The notes: generated by a model from the sequence alone, not told the origin. A DNA stretch of 64,000 bases from Candidatus Latescibacterota bacterium (GCA_965207885.1 OZ242311.1:1696001-1760000), one strand, 5' to 3'; positions 29,860 to 39,573 are shown, numbered from the stretch's first letter. Program-made: numbers and translations.

Positions 29860-30050
29860 CGCCATGCCTGCGGCGTGCGGCGACTTCATTTTTTTGCGCG
29901 CCCAAAAAAATAAAGGAAAAAAAGGGCGCCCCTGCGGGGGGCTTGCACAGCGCAAATCGTTTGTATGCAAAAATAAAAGAAGGTGGCCTTTCGAGTTTGG
30001 ATGGACAACAGATGTCCGCTGCGAAACGGACTCACGCGCTGTGCGATATG
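29860..30050. other. Structured intergenic element at the left edge of the island
   Basis: ATTTTTTTG/CAAAAAAAT hairpin (29888-29911); long-range GCACAGCGC/GCGCTGTGC pairing (29945-29953 with 30036-30044); GTCCG/CGGAC hairpin. Confidence 0.45.
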
Positions 30051-30124
30051 GCTTTACTAGACCGCTTTATCTGATGATCCAATTAAGGGTTGAAATCATA
30101 GCATACTAATGACGACGGGTGCTC

Positions 30125-30157
30125 GTCACGCCTGCATGTCTTAAGCAGGCGTCCAGG
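30125..30157 (+). repeat. GTCA-type REP-like palindrome
   Basis: GTCA-CGCCTGC-ATGTCTTAA-GCAGGCG-TCCAG; same frame as copies at 5989, 46360 and 53100. Confidence 0.65.
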
Positions 30158-30221
30158 AAAGTGTGATTTTTAATTTACGCACACCCGTAAATATATATGC
30201 AACTGGCAAGGAAATCCAATA

Positions 30222-32591
30222 ATGGAAGAATTTCATAACGAAGCCGATACGCGAGCTAAGCTAATTGATCCCGCGCTGCATCAAAGAGGTTGGAGCGAGG
30301 ACAAAATTAAGCGGGAAGAGACACCAGGTGCCGTTGACGTCGTAGATGGCAAACCGCGCAAACGCGCTCAGGGACGCATTGATTACACCCTTCGGGCTCG
30401 CGTGAACTCGGACACGCAGCCAGTTGCTCTGGCATTGATTGAAGCAAAATCTGAGCAATTCTCTCCGGGACATGGCCTTCAGCAAGGAAAAGAATATGCA
30501 GCGGCGACCAAAAGACTCAATGTCCAGTTTGTATTTTCCACCAATGGGCATCAGGTTGTTGAATATGACCGCATAACAGGAGAAACCACAGATCCCTATC
30601 CAATCTCTGATTTTCCCACACCTGACGACCTGCGTAAACGCTATGAAAATGCTCAGGGCTTCTCCTTAAACGACGACGAAGCCAAACCCCTGCTTGTGCC
30701 CTATCCCGGCGGTGAAGCCACGCGCCGCTATTATCAGGACGCAGCCATTCGCGCCACATTTGAAAAACTCGCCCGATGCGAAAAGAGCGGTGAAGCCAAA
30801 CGCGTCTTGCTATCTCTCGCAACGGGCGCAGGCAAGACATTTATCGCCGTACACCTGCTCAAACGCATCGCCGATGCCGGACAACTTCGCAAAGCATTAT
30901 TCGTCTGTGACCGCGACGAACTGCACACGCAAGCACTCGGCGCATTTCAAAATGTGTTCGGTTCAGATGCCGCCGCCGTGTCCAGCGGCAATCCGCAGAA
31001 AAACGCCCGCATTCTCATCGCCACGTATCAAACCCTCGATGTAGATACCGACACATCAGAAGGAAACTTCCTCACGGCCAACTATCCCGAAAATTATTTC
31101 TCTCACATCATCATCGACGAGTGCCACCGATCCGCCTGGGGCAAATGGTCCATGGTCCTGACGCGCAATCCAGAAGCCACCCAAATCGGTCTGACCGCCA
31201 CGCCCAGACAACTTAAAACGCGCGAAAATACCCCTGAAACCCAGGCCGACGAACAAATTACAGCCGATAATATCCGGCACTTTGGCAAGCCAGTTTATGA
31301 ATACGACATCAGCCAGGGCAATGAGGACGGGTACCTCGCAGCCTGTGAAATCCAGCGCGGACAGGTAGATATCGACTATACCGAACTCACCGCAGATGAA
31401 ATCTATGCATTGGGTCCCAAAGACGCCGTAACGGGTCAACCACTCGGAAGAGATCAACTCCCTGAATCCTTTTCCAAAACCGAGTACGAATACCGAATAC
31501 TATTGCCAGACCGCGTCCGTGAAATGACCCGCGATTTGTTCAATCACCTCGTCGCAACCGGTGGTCCAGAGCAAAAAACAATTATCTTTTGCGTTCGAGA
31601 TACCCATGCCGATGAAGTAGCCAACGCGATGAACAATTTGTATGCCCAATGGTGCAGGGACAACAAACGCGATCGCGTAGATCCCTACGCCTTCAAATGT
31701 ACCGCAGCCAGTGGCGGCAGCGATTATGTCGCCGACCTGCGCGGAGCTTCTCGCCATCATTTTATCGCAACAACTGTGGATTTGCTCTCAACCGGCGTGG
31801 ATGTGCCTTCCGTCAAAAATATTGTCTTTTTCAAGTACGTGCGTTCCCCAATCGCGTTTTATCAAATGGTCGGCAGAGGCACGCGGCTCGACCCCGTGAC
31901 AAACAAACTGATGTTCCGAATCTACGATTACACAAATGCCACGCGATTATTTGGAGAGGACTTCCAATCTCGAATCAAAAGCAAAAGCACAGGCGATGGA
32001 GACAGGAGCGACACCCCAGCACAACCCACCGTACTCGTCGAAGGTCTGGAAGTCCAGGTCACAGATGCCGGGAAATACATCTTAGCCGAAGTAGATGGCA
32101 AATCCATACCCATCACCGTCGAAGAATACAAACAACGCCTGGCAGCTCGCATCGTAGAAGAAATGCCCAATCTGGACGACTTCCGAACCTGCTGGATCCA
32201 TCCCCATGATCGCAGAGCCTTCATGGCGCGTTTGCCAGACCAAGGACGGTCTGCTCAGGTGGTACGATCTTTAGATAACATGACCGACTACGACCTCTAC
32301 GACATCCTTGCCGAACTCGGCTATGGCCTCGCGCCAAAAACCCGAATACACCGCGCCGACGCATTCTTCTACAAACACGACCAGTGGCTCAACTCACTGC
32401 CTGCCCCAACCGCTGACACATTAAAAGCACTAACCAGACAATTCGCACGCTCAGGCACAGACGGATTGGAAAATCCCAGTATTTTCATCACGCCAGAAGT
32501 CACCCAGGCTGGCGGCCTCAATGCCCTGGCCCAGATAGGACAGCCTGCGGATTTACTGGTAAAAATAAAGGAAAGGATATTTGCCTTGTGA
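30222..32591 (+). CDS. hsdR: Type I restriction enzyme R subunit (EcoEI/EcoAI-like)
   Basis: NEADTR...IDP.L...GW, DY.L...IEAK nuclease, RYYQ, ATGAGKT, DECH, GLTATP, TGVD.P, QMVGRGTR. Confidence 0.93.
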   Translation: MEEFHNEADTRAKLIDPALHQRGWSEDKIKREETPGAVDVVDGKPRKRAQGRIDYTLRARVNSDTQPVALALIEAKSEQFSPGHGLQQGKEYAAATKRLNVQFVFSTNGHQVVEYDRITGETTDPYPISDFPTPDDLRKRYENAQGFSLNDDEAKPLLVPYPGGEATRRYYQDAAIRATFEKLARCEKSGEAKRVLLSLATGAGKTFIAVHLLKRIADAGQLRKALFVCDRDELHTQALGAFQNVFGSDAAAVSSGNPQKNARILIATYQTLDVDTDTSEGNFLTANYPENYFSHIIIDECHRSAWGKWSMVLTRNPEATQIGLTATPRQLKTRENTPETQADEQITADNIRHFGKPVYEYDISQGNEDGYLAACEIQRGQVDIDYTELTADEIYALGPKDAVTGQPLGRDQLPESFSKTEYEYRILLPDRVREMTRDLFNHLVATGGPEQKTIIFCVRDTHADEVANAMNNLYAQWCRDNKRDRVDPYAFKCTAASGGSDYVADLRGASRHHFIATTVDLLSTGVDVPSVKNIVFFKYVRSPIAFYQMVGRGTRLDPVTNKLMFRIYDYTNATRLFGEDFQSRIKSKSTGDGDRSDTPAQPTVLVEGLEVQVTDAGKYILAEVDGKSIPITVEEYKQRLAARIVEEMPNLDDFRTCWIHPHDRRAFMARLPDQGRSAQVVRSLDNMTDYDLYDILAELGYGLAPKTRIHRADAFFYKHDQWLNSLPAPTADTLKALTRQFARSGTDGLENPSIFITPEVTQAGGLNALAQIGQPADLLVKIKERIFAL

Positions 32592-32660
32592 GTGGAAATT
32601 TGGTAATTATATACAGATTGGTTGACATAAGCCCAAAATTGTCTATCCTAAGGAAGGGGT

Positions 32661-33000
32661 ATGAACACTTTGGCATCTAAATCGCCGACCTCTGTTGTAA
32701 ATGTTGAAACAGATGAGACGCATTTGACCGTCTTTCTAAATGATGGTCGCCGCATATCTGCTCCTCTTGAATGGTACCCCAGATTGTATTACGGAACAGT
32801 CAAGGAAAGAAAGGATTGGCGTCCCTAAGGATTGGCGTCCCTTTGGATTTGAAAACCGTGCAATCGCTTGGGATAGTCTCGACGAGCATATTTCTGTTGA
32901 AGGATTATTAGACGGGTGTTCAAGCAGCGAGAGTCCGAAATCAATTCAACGGTGGCTGTTGTCAAGGGGGCAAAAGCATGAGAATGAACTGATCGTGTGA
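32661..33000 (+). pseudogene. DUF2442-family protein broken by a 16-bp tandem duplication
   Basis: Frame 1 ...L.V.L.DGR.IS.PL.WYPRL..GT..ER.DWRP*; AAGGATTGGCGTCCCT duplicated at 32811-32826 and 32827-32842; continues in another frame as I.W.SLDE.ISVEGLL. Confidence 0.8.
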
Positions 33001-33033
33001 TGAGAGGTTGATATTTGTAGCTCACTTCTGAGT

Positions 33034-33080
33034 ATAATGCCGAGAGCCTCTTAAAAACCCAGGCTTTCGGCATTATTTTA
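33034..33080 (+). terminator. 16-bp hairpin with T-run (terminator-like)
   Basis: ATAATGCCGAGAGCCT-N11-AGGCTTTCGGCATTAT followed by TTT. Confidence 0.55.
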
Positions 33081-33169
33081 TATAACGGCTTCTGTTGCTT
33101 ATTAATCGCGAAACGAATGAACAGGCAAAGCCCCAGATAGAAGTTTCTTGAACAGATAGAGCAACGACC

Positions 33170-33409
33170 ATGACGACCATCAGTATAACCATACCCGATT
33201 CTCTTCACGCAACAGTCCGGGATATTGTCGAGCGTGAAGGCAGGTCATTCGAACAATTTATCCTGCTCGCAATGGCCGAAAAAGCGTCAGCAATGGCGAC
33301 CGAAGCATATCTTGAAGCGCGTGCAAATCGCGGGAGTAGAGAGAAATTTCTGGCGGCAATGGTAAAGGTAAGGGATGTAGATCCGCTGAATAAACAGGAT
33401 AGTCTTTAA
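33170..33409 (+). CDS. RHH/HicB-like antitoxin, orphan
   Basis: MTTISITIPDSLH..VR.....EG.S..QFI..A.AEK...YL..RA.RG.R.KF. Confidence 0.75.
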   Translation: MTTISITIPDSLHATVRDIVEREGRSFEQFILLAMAEKASAMATEAYLEARANRGSREKFLAAMVKVRDVDPLNKQDSL

Positions 33410-33516
33410 TCCACTTTGCCACCTGCCGATCCGGGGTGGGTAACAACAATTGGCTTAATTTTGCACAAATTTGGTTCTGGTGACAATTGACCGACCCATA
33501 ACGAAAGGATTGCAAA

Positions 33517-34962
33517 ATGAGATTTGAAAGAAAAAAAACATATAGAGGTGTATTTTGGTTTGTTTCCCGTTCTATTTTTAGGGATCGTAAATTTGGTGGA
33601 ACATTGATAATTGACAAAGATGGCAGTATTTCGCTTGAATTAGAATTACAAGAATTATCGGCGATGAATATTGATCATCTTCTTTCAAAAGAAAAATCAA
33701 TTAGAAGAATTGACGGCTATATTAAACAGGACAATGCAACAGAAAGTAGATTTGTTACTTTGTTAGATTGCCAGCCTCATACACAAAGTGATCGAAAGGG
33801 GTTTTCAACTGTAAATGTTTTTCCAAAATTTTGTATCCAAAGCGGAGAGACCTTGCGTAGCAACAAATCGGCACTACGAGAAGGAGAAGAAAAATTTAAT
33901 AAAATATTTGTTTGTTTGGATGGCGTTATGATGTTCTCAGAAATGAATGGTTTTAGCAAAGATTATGATTTCCCCCAAAAAGGCTATGATTTTGTTAAAA
34001 AATACAGGATTGAGTGGAATAAGCCAAAAACCTTATATTTTCGAAATAGTAATCCTGCTATTAAAATTAAATTGTTATTAGATTGGAATAACGAACATGG
34101 TAATAAATTTACACTTGAACAGAAAGCATGGTTAGTTTTAGATTTCTCAGAGCAAACAGGCATAGTTGATTGTACTAAAACAGTCGAAAACCTTAAATAT
34201 TTCTTTGGTTTCTTGTTCAATAAACGAATAGGTATCACTTCAGTATTTGGAAAAGTAAAGGGTAAAAAATTGTCAGAACCCGAAGCACAAACAAAATTAT
34301 TATCCAAGTACGATATATCTTATAAAAGTAGTGCGTGGGAAAAAGAGTTTGACAATAACCATTATCCTGATATTCGCTATTCTGACTTCCAAGATGACAA
34401 TGGCGAAAATCGTTTTGCCAAATATTTGGTATCATTTTTAAAAAAGATGGACGATCAAGATGATGATAATTTCTCGACAGTATTTTTTTCATATATTCAC
34501 CGAATGCAAGAGGGATTTTTGAATGATTATTCTAAGCAGGCTATTGATTTATGTGAGTATTTATTTGTGCTTTTGAATCAAAATTACCCCTGTTCTTGCA
34601 GAGAAAAAATACAAGACTTAAGAAAAAAAATAAAAATTCTATCAAAGCCGTTAATTGGGTGTTTGTTTAAGGATGAAACAGAGGTTGAACATTTTGCATA
34701 CGCAGCTAATAAGTACAGAGGCGAGGTTACTCATTTTAATAATCCCCCTGTTTATTCGGACTTAAAAGAAAATATTTTTTGGAAGATAACTGTTCTAACA
34801 AGATTTCACCTGTTAGAAGCCCTCTGTCCTGACCGAAAATTTAATATAAAATTGCTCGAAGAAGCATGGCTTTTGATGATGGAAGCAAAAGAGGGTTATC
34901 GTACAAAGAGAGATTTTCCTAAACGCTATAAGGAGTATTTTGAGGCGAATCCGGATCATTGA
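33517..34962 (+). CDS. ApeA-like HEPN domain protein (putative anti-phage RNase)
   Basis: N-terminal G.FW...GTL....G.I.LEL and TLL.C (ApeA NTD-like); C-terminal E...YRGEVTH (RxxxxH, ~34717-34734) then LL..L helix; very AT-rich. Confidence 0.65.
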   Translation: MRFERKKTYRGVFWFVSRSIFRDRKFGGTLIIDKDGSISLELELQELSAMNIDHLLSKEKSIRRIDGYIKQDNATESRFVTLLDCQPHTQSDRKGFSTVNVFPKFCIQSGETLRSNKSALREGEEKFNKIFVCLDGVMMFSEMNGFSKDYDFPQKGYDFVKKYRIEWNKPKTLYFRNSNPAIKIKLLLDWNNEHGNKFTLEQKAWLVLDFSEQTGIVDCTKTVENLKYFFGFLFNKRIGITSVFGKVKGKKLSEPEAQTKLLSKYDISYKSSAWEKEFDNNHYPDIRYSDFQDDNGENRFAKYLVSFLKKMDDQDDDNFSTVFFSYIHRMQEGFLNDYSKQAIDLCEYLFVLLNQNYPCSCREKIQDLRKKIKILSKPLIGCLFKDETEVEHFAYAANKYRGEVTHFNNPPVYSDLKENIFWKITVLTRFHLLEALCPDRKFNIKLLEEAWLLMMEAKEGYRTKRDFPKRYKEYFEANPDH

Positions 34963-34990
34963 TCCGCTCATAAGAGAGGGTATTTGCTAT

Positions 34991-36187
34991 ATGAAAAATA
35001 ATGGACCATCTTTGCCCGACGGATGGAGGCACATTCAAGTCAAAGATATTTGTTCTAAAATAGATTACGGCTATACTGCAAAGGCAAATTCAGCACTTGG
35101 AGAGCCGAAATTTCTGCGTATTACAGACATTCAGGATGGCAATGTAAATTGGGATGAAACACCGGGTTGTGAAATTGATCTCGAAACTGAAAAAAAGAAA
35201 AAACTTCAGAGTGGTGATATTGTTTTCGCTCGTACAGGGGGTACTGTAGGCAAAAGCTATTTGATTGTAAATCCTCCAAGAGCAGTGTTTGCATCATATC
35301 TAATTCGTCTGCAAATTCGAGAAAGCGTAGCCCCAGAGTATGTTTATCATTTTTTTCAAAGTAACGATTATTGGCAACAGATAGGACTAAATTTAAGAGG
35401 AGGTGTTCAGCCAAATGTAAATGCTACCCGCTTGGGAAACCTTACTTTATCACTCCCTCCTCTCTCCGAGCAAAAACGCATCGCCGCCATTCTAAATGAC
35501 CACATGGCTGACATCGCACGCGCCCGTGCTGCTGCTGAAGCGCAATTGGAGGCTGCCGAGGCTTTATCGGCTGCATATTTGCGGGAAATTTTTGGGAGTG
35601 ACGACGCAAAGAAATGGCCTAACTTATGTTTGAGAGAGATTTGTATATTGGTAAATGGAAAAGCGTTCAAGCCTTCAGACTGGAGCACATCAGGTAAACC
35701 CATTATAAGAATCCAGAACTTGAATGACGCTACAAAACCATTCAATTATTGGGATGGTTCTTTGGAAAAACAGGTCATAGTAAACCCTGGTGCTGTCTTA
35801 TTGGCCTGGTCTGGGACACCGGGTACTTCTTTTGGAGCACATATTTGGAATCGGGAGGATGGTGTTCTTAATCAGCATATCTTTCGTGTAGATTTCACAA
35901 GGCCAGATATTTTACCTGAGTGGTTTACATACTCTGTAAACCAACGATTGGACGTTTTGATTCATCAGGCGCATGGCGGAGTTGGGCTTAGACATGTCAA
36001 GAAAAGTCAAGTAGAAGCTCTTGAAATCCCCTTACCTCCCCTCTCCGAACAAAAACGCATTACTGCCATTTTAAATGACCGCATGGCTGACATTGCCCGT
36101 GCTTGTACTGCGGTTAAAGAAAAATTGGAGACAATCAACCAACTACCCTCCGCGATATTTCGCAAAGCCTTCAACGGTGAACTTTGA
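34991..36187 (+). CDS. hsdS: Type I R-M specificity subunit
   Basis: LPDGW start, two TRDs, duplicated LPPLSEQKRI.AILND conserved helices, ends KAFNGEL. Confidence 0.93.
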   Translation: MKNNGPSLPDGWRHIQVKDICSKIDYGYTAKANSALGEPKFLRITDIQDGNVNWDETPGCEIDLETEKKKKLQSGDIVFARTGGTVGKSYLIVNPPRAVFASYLIRLQIRESVAPEYVYHFFQSNDYWQQIGLNLRGGVQPNVNATRLGNLTLSLPPLSEQKRIAAILNDHMADIARARAAAEAQLEAAEALSAAYLREIFGSDDAKKWPNLCLREICILVNGKAFKPSDWSTSGKPIIRIQNLNDATKPFNYWDGSLEKQVIVNPGAVLLAWSGTPGTSFGAHIWNREDGVLNQHIFRVDFTRPDILPEWFTYSVNQRLDVLIHQAHGGVGLRHVKKSQVEALEIPLPPLSEQKRITAILNDRMADIARACTAVKEKLETINQLPSAIFRKAFNGEL

Positions 36188-36790
36188 TAGAGGTATTCAT
36201 GACAAAATCAGGACTATCCACAGTGCAATCCGTCAACAGCGCGATCAAAAGTATCTGCGACATCATGCGGCGATCCAACTGTGCGGGCGCAATGCAGTAT
36301 GTACCAGAACTGACCTGGATCTTATTCCTCCGCATCCTGGACGAGCGAGAAGGACAGGAAGCAATGAGGTCGGAAGCTGTTGGGCAACACTATATCCCAT
36401 CATTAGAAGCACCGTATCGCTGGCGCGATTGGGCTGCACCGGATGGCGCAAAGCGCGTAGAACTTCAAGAAGGCACACTGGGCGGATTTTTTGATTTTGT
36501 GAACGAAGACCTTCTGTCCCACTTAAAAGCACTGCGGGATAAACCCAACGCTACTGCACAGCAAAAAATCATCAGCGAAGTCATGTCCGGCGTCGAACGG
36601 GTCCGCATTGACACCGAGCGAAACATGCTCGATGTGCTGGACCGCGTCCACGAAATCAAAGACGAATCCATTGACCCAACCCATGTCTTTCCCCTATCGC
36701 AAGTCTATGAAGGTCTCTTACTTCGCATGGGCGAAAAGGGCAATGATGGCGGTCAATTCTTCACGCCCCGGGAAGTCGTTCGCGCTTTGA

Positions 36791-37330
36791 TTAGGTAGTG
36801 TCTGAAAAGTAAGCTTTGAAGAGTTGTCTGATACAGGCCAGCTTGACCATAGTGAGAAAATGAGTCGCCTTTTTTTCAAATCGGGTCACAATCCGTCGGC
36901 AGTGTTTAAGCCAACCAAAGAGACGCTCCACGATATTGCGTTTGGCATATAATCTTTTATCACACTTAGGCCGTGGTCCTCTCTTACGCCGTTTTCTGCC
37001 TTTGGGAATCGCCTTGTTTGGGATAGCAGCCTTGATACCCCGTTTGCGTAGATAGACTCTGATGCGTGAGACATCATAAGATTTATCAGCTACCAGATAC
37101 TTGGGTCGGTTTCTTGGACGCCCTCGTTTGGTGGGTATGCATACCTTTGACAGTAGCCTTTCAGCCTGTGTGGATTCTGACTGGTTACCAGGGAGAAGAT
37201 CCACTGCTAAAGGATGCCCGACTGCATCGCAAAGAAGATGGATTTTCGTGGTCAAACCGCCACGAGAGCGTCCTAAAGCGTGATCTGGGGGCTCTTCTTC
37301 ACCCTTTTTGCCCTTTTTTTTTCGCTCCTG
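36791..37330 (-). CDS. IS5 transposase DDE ORF (orfB), reached by frameshift
   Basis: LGRSRGGLTTKIH, ADK.YD, Y.KRNIVERLF..LK..RR..TRFEK; A9 tract at 37314-37322. Confidence 0.9.
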   Translation of the reverse strand, partial: QERKKKGKKGEEEPPDHALGRSRGGLTTKIHLLCDAVGHPLAVDLLPGNQSESTQAERLLSKVCIPTKRGRPRNRPKYLVADKSYDVSRIRVYLRKRGIKAAIPNKAIPKGRKRRKRGPRPKCDKRLYAKRNIVERLFGWLKHCRRIVTRFEKKATHFLTMVKLACIRQLFKAYFSDTT

Positions 37331-37730
37331 CCGCGGCTTGTGTGGCTCGAATATGGGTTGCATCCATCATCCAGGTCGCATAATCTAAAAGACCATCTTC
37401 ACCCAATTTGAGATGTAGCTTTTCTACAATGCGATCAAAGGTGCCATCCTGTTTCCATTTGCAGAATCGGTCAAAGGCTGTCTGCCAAGGACCATATCGT
37501 TCTGGCAGGTCGCGCCAAGCTGCACCTGAACACAATATCCAGAAGATCCCGTTGAATAATGTACGATCATCCCGACGGGGACGACCCATCTTCTTCGGCG
37601 GTGGGAACAGGTCTTGGATCAGATGCCAAGCCTCGTCGCGCAGTTCATATCTCCGTTGCATATCATACTCCTTGGTTTAGGGCGTATGCTGCAACTAAAA
37701 TACATACTTTACGACTTTTCAGACACTACC
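36794..37730 (-). mobile_element. IS5-family (IS427-like) insertion sequence, 937 bp
   Basis: Perfect 17-bp TIRs GGTAGTGTCTGAAAAGT (36794-36810) and ACTTTTCAGACACTACC (37714-37730); TA target duplication. Confidence 0.93.
37299..37661 (-). CDS. IS5 transposase N-terminal ORF (orfA)
   Basis: GRPR.DDR...GI.WIL.SG..WRDLP.RYGPWQT...RF.KW...G. Confidence 0.9.
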   Translation of the reverse strand: MQRRYELRDEAWHLIQDLFPPPKKMGRPRRDDRTLFNGIFWILCSGAAWRDLPERYGPWQTAFDRFCKWKQDGTFDRIVEKLHLKLGEDGLLDYATWMMDATHIRATQAAAGAKKKGQKG

Positions 37731-38914
37731 TAGCACGGTTGATCCCAAAATAGGTGAAACCGTGTACGACCCGGCGTGTGGCACCGGAGGTTTTCTGGCT
37801 CAGGCTTACGAACACATGCATCACAACCTCGGCGGCGACGCCACCCCCGATCAACTCGACATCCTCAAAACACAAACCTTTTATGGACGCGAAAAAGAAA
37901 ACCTGATCTATCCTATCGCCCTTGCCAATCTGGTACTTCACGATATTGACCAGCCCCACATCTGGCATGGCAACACGCTCACCGGTAATGAAGTCTATGG
38001 CGGGCTTTTTCTCAATGCACCACCGCTATTTGACGTCGTGCTAATGAATCCACCCTTTGGCGGCAAAGAAGGTAAAGACGCCCAAACGCAATTCGCTTAC
38101 AAAACAGGAGCCACACAGGTTCTCTTTTTGCAACACATCATAGACAGCCTCGCACCAGACGGACGCTGCGGCATTGTAATGGACGAAGGCATTTTATTCC
38201 GAACAAACGAAATCGCCTTTGTCCAGACCAAACGCAAACTCGTCGAAGAGTGCAACCTGTGGTGTATCGTGAGCCTACCCCCTGGCGTCTTCACATCGGC
38301 GGGGGCTGGGGTGAAAACCAATCTGCTCTTCTTCTCAAAAGGTGAACCCACAACAGAAATCTGGTATTACGACCTGTCAGACGTAAAAGTAACCAAACGC
38401 AATCCCCTCACATCGAAACACTTTGAAGACTTTTTCAAACGGATGCCCAAACGCGAAGAAAGCGAAAAAAGCTGGACAGTAGATCTTCCCCAACGCAAAA
38501 AAGACGCCCTCAAAGAATCTACGCCCCTCTACAAACAAGCCGATTCCAAAAGCCGAAAAGCCGATGCAGTCAAAGTTCGGTTGATGGCTATGACAAAGGG
38601 AACGGATGACTACAAAGTGCTGGAAATGCAGGAAGGAGAGCTGCGACGAGATGCGCGAGAATTGCAAAACCGGGCACAGGCAATTGACGACGCGGTTTAT
38701 GACCTCAAAGCCGTCAATCCCAACAGCATCATCGAAGAAGACACCCGAACTCCTGAAGACCTGCTCAACATCATCGAACAAAAAGGGATAGAAGTCGCCG
38801 AAGCACTATCGGCTCTGCGGGGGTAATGAAGATGAACGTTGATTGACTTTCTGTGGTAAGTCTTTTACATTTTCTTGTTAGAAGAAGTGAAAAAACATCA
38901 AATAGGAGATTGTT

Positions 38915-39181
38915 GTGTCACTCGTCACAGTAACTCTTGATGCTGATCTGGCAGTTCTATTACAGGAACTTAATCAGCCTATTCAAGAAACGGCTCGTGA
39001 AATGATTGTTCTGGAGCTATATCGCCGAGGCAGCATATCCAGTGGCAAAGCGGCTCAATTATTGGACATGTCACGCTGGGAATTTATTCAGCATGCATCT
39101 CAATTGGGCATTGCTTTCTTTGATCTCAATGCGGAGGAATGGAAACGCGAACGACTTCAGGCTGATGAGCTATGGACGTAG
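38915..39181 (+). CDS. UPF0175 family putative antitoxin
   Basis: LELYRRG.ISSGKAA.LL.MSR.EF; TTGACT-17-TACATT promoter upstream. Confidence 0.85.
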   Translation: MSLVTVTLDADLAVLLQELNQPIQETAREMIVLELYRRGSISSGKAAQLLDMSRWEFIQHASQLGIAFFDLNAEEWKRERLQADELWT

Positions 39182-39359
39182 ATTGGCTCACCGGTTGAGG
39201 TTGCCTGTCATTGGCACATTAGGGGTTCTGTTATCGGCGAAGCGCAAAGGTCTATTGCCAACTATCAGGCCATTGATAGATGGATTATTGGCCTGCGACT
39301 TTCGCGTCTCTGCTGATTTGTATGAACAGATACTTATTGATGCTGATGAGACTGAGTAA
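39172..39359 (+). pseudogene. DUF3368 (PIN-associated) toxin remnant; PIN domain deleted
   Basis: Only the C-terminal GRR.A..L.L.V.GTLGVL..AK.KGL....P.ID.L....FR.S..LY remains, out of frame with the ATG at 39172. Confidence 0.72.
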
Positions 39360-39463
39360 CTGATATTACACACCGGCTGAATATTGGAAGGCTACAAGTA
39401 AAAAAAAGATAGGGTTTAAATGACGTGATGAGTGACAAGCGCGTTAAAATTTGCCCAAATTCG

Positions 39464-39499
39464 ATAGGGAGGTTAAATTTATTTAACCTCCCTATTTTA
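39464..39499. terminator. Perfect 15-bp inverted repeat (terminator or operator)
   Basis: ATAGGGAGGTTAAAT-tt-ATTTAACCTCCCTAT followed by TTT. Confidence 0.55.
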
Positions 39500-39573
39500 T
39501 TGTAAAATATTTGATTGTAGAAAATTATAACACTATACAAGAGAGATAGAATATAAAGAATACATTTCATATC

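Larger units (their letters stand above)
36199..38826 (+). pseudogene. hsdM: Type I R-M methyltransferase (m6A) interrupted by an IS5-family element
   Basis: N-part ends GQFFTPREVVRALI; C-part has YDPACGTGGFL and NPPF; removing 36794-37732 restores RALISTVDPKIGETVYDP in frame. Confidence 0.92.

Noticed and set aside
29720-30220. att-site duplicate of the tRNA-Glu 3' end
   Set aside because: No TGGTGACCCC-like match found by eye
35455-36115. Repeats within hsdS as a phase-variable invertible locus
   Set aside because: They are direct repeats encoding the normal conserved HsdS helices; no silent hsdS or invertase nearby
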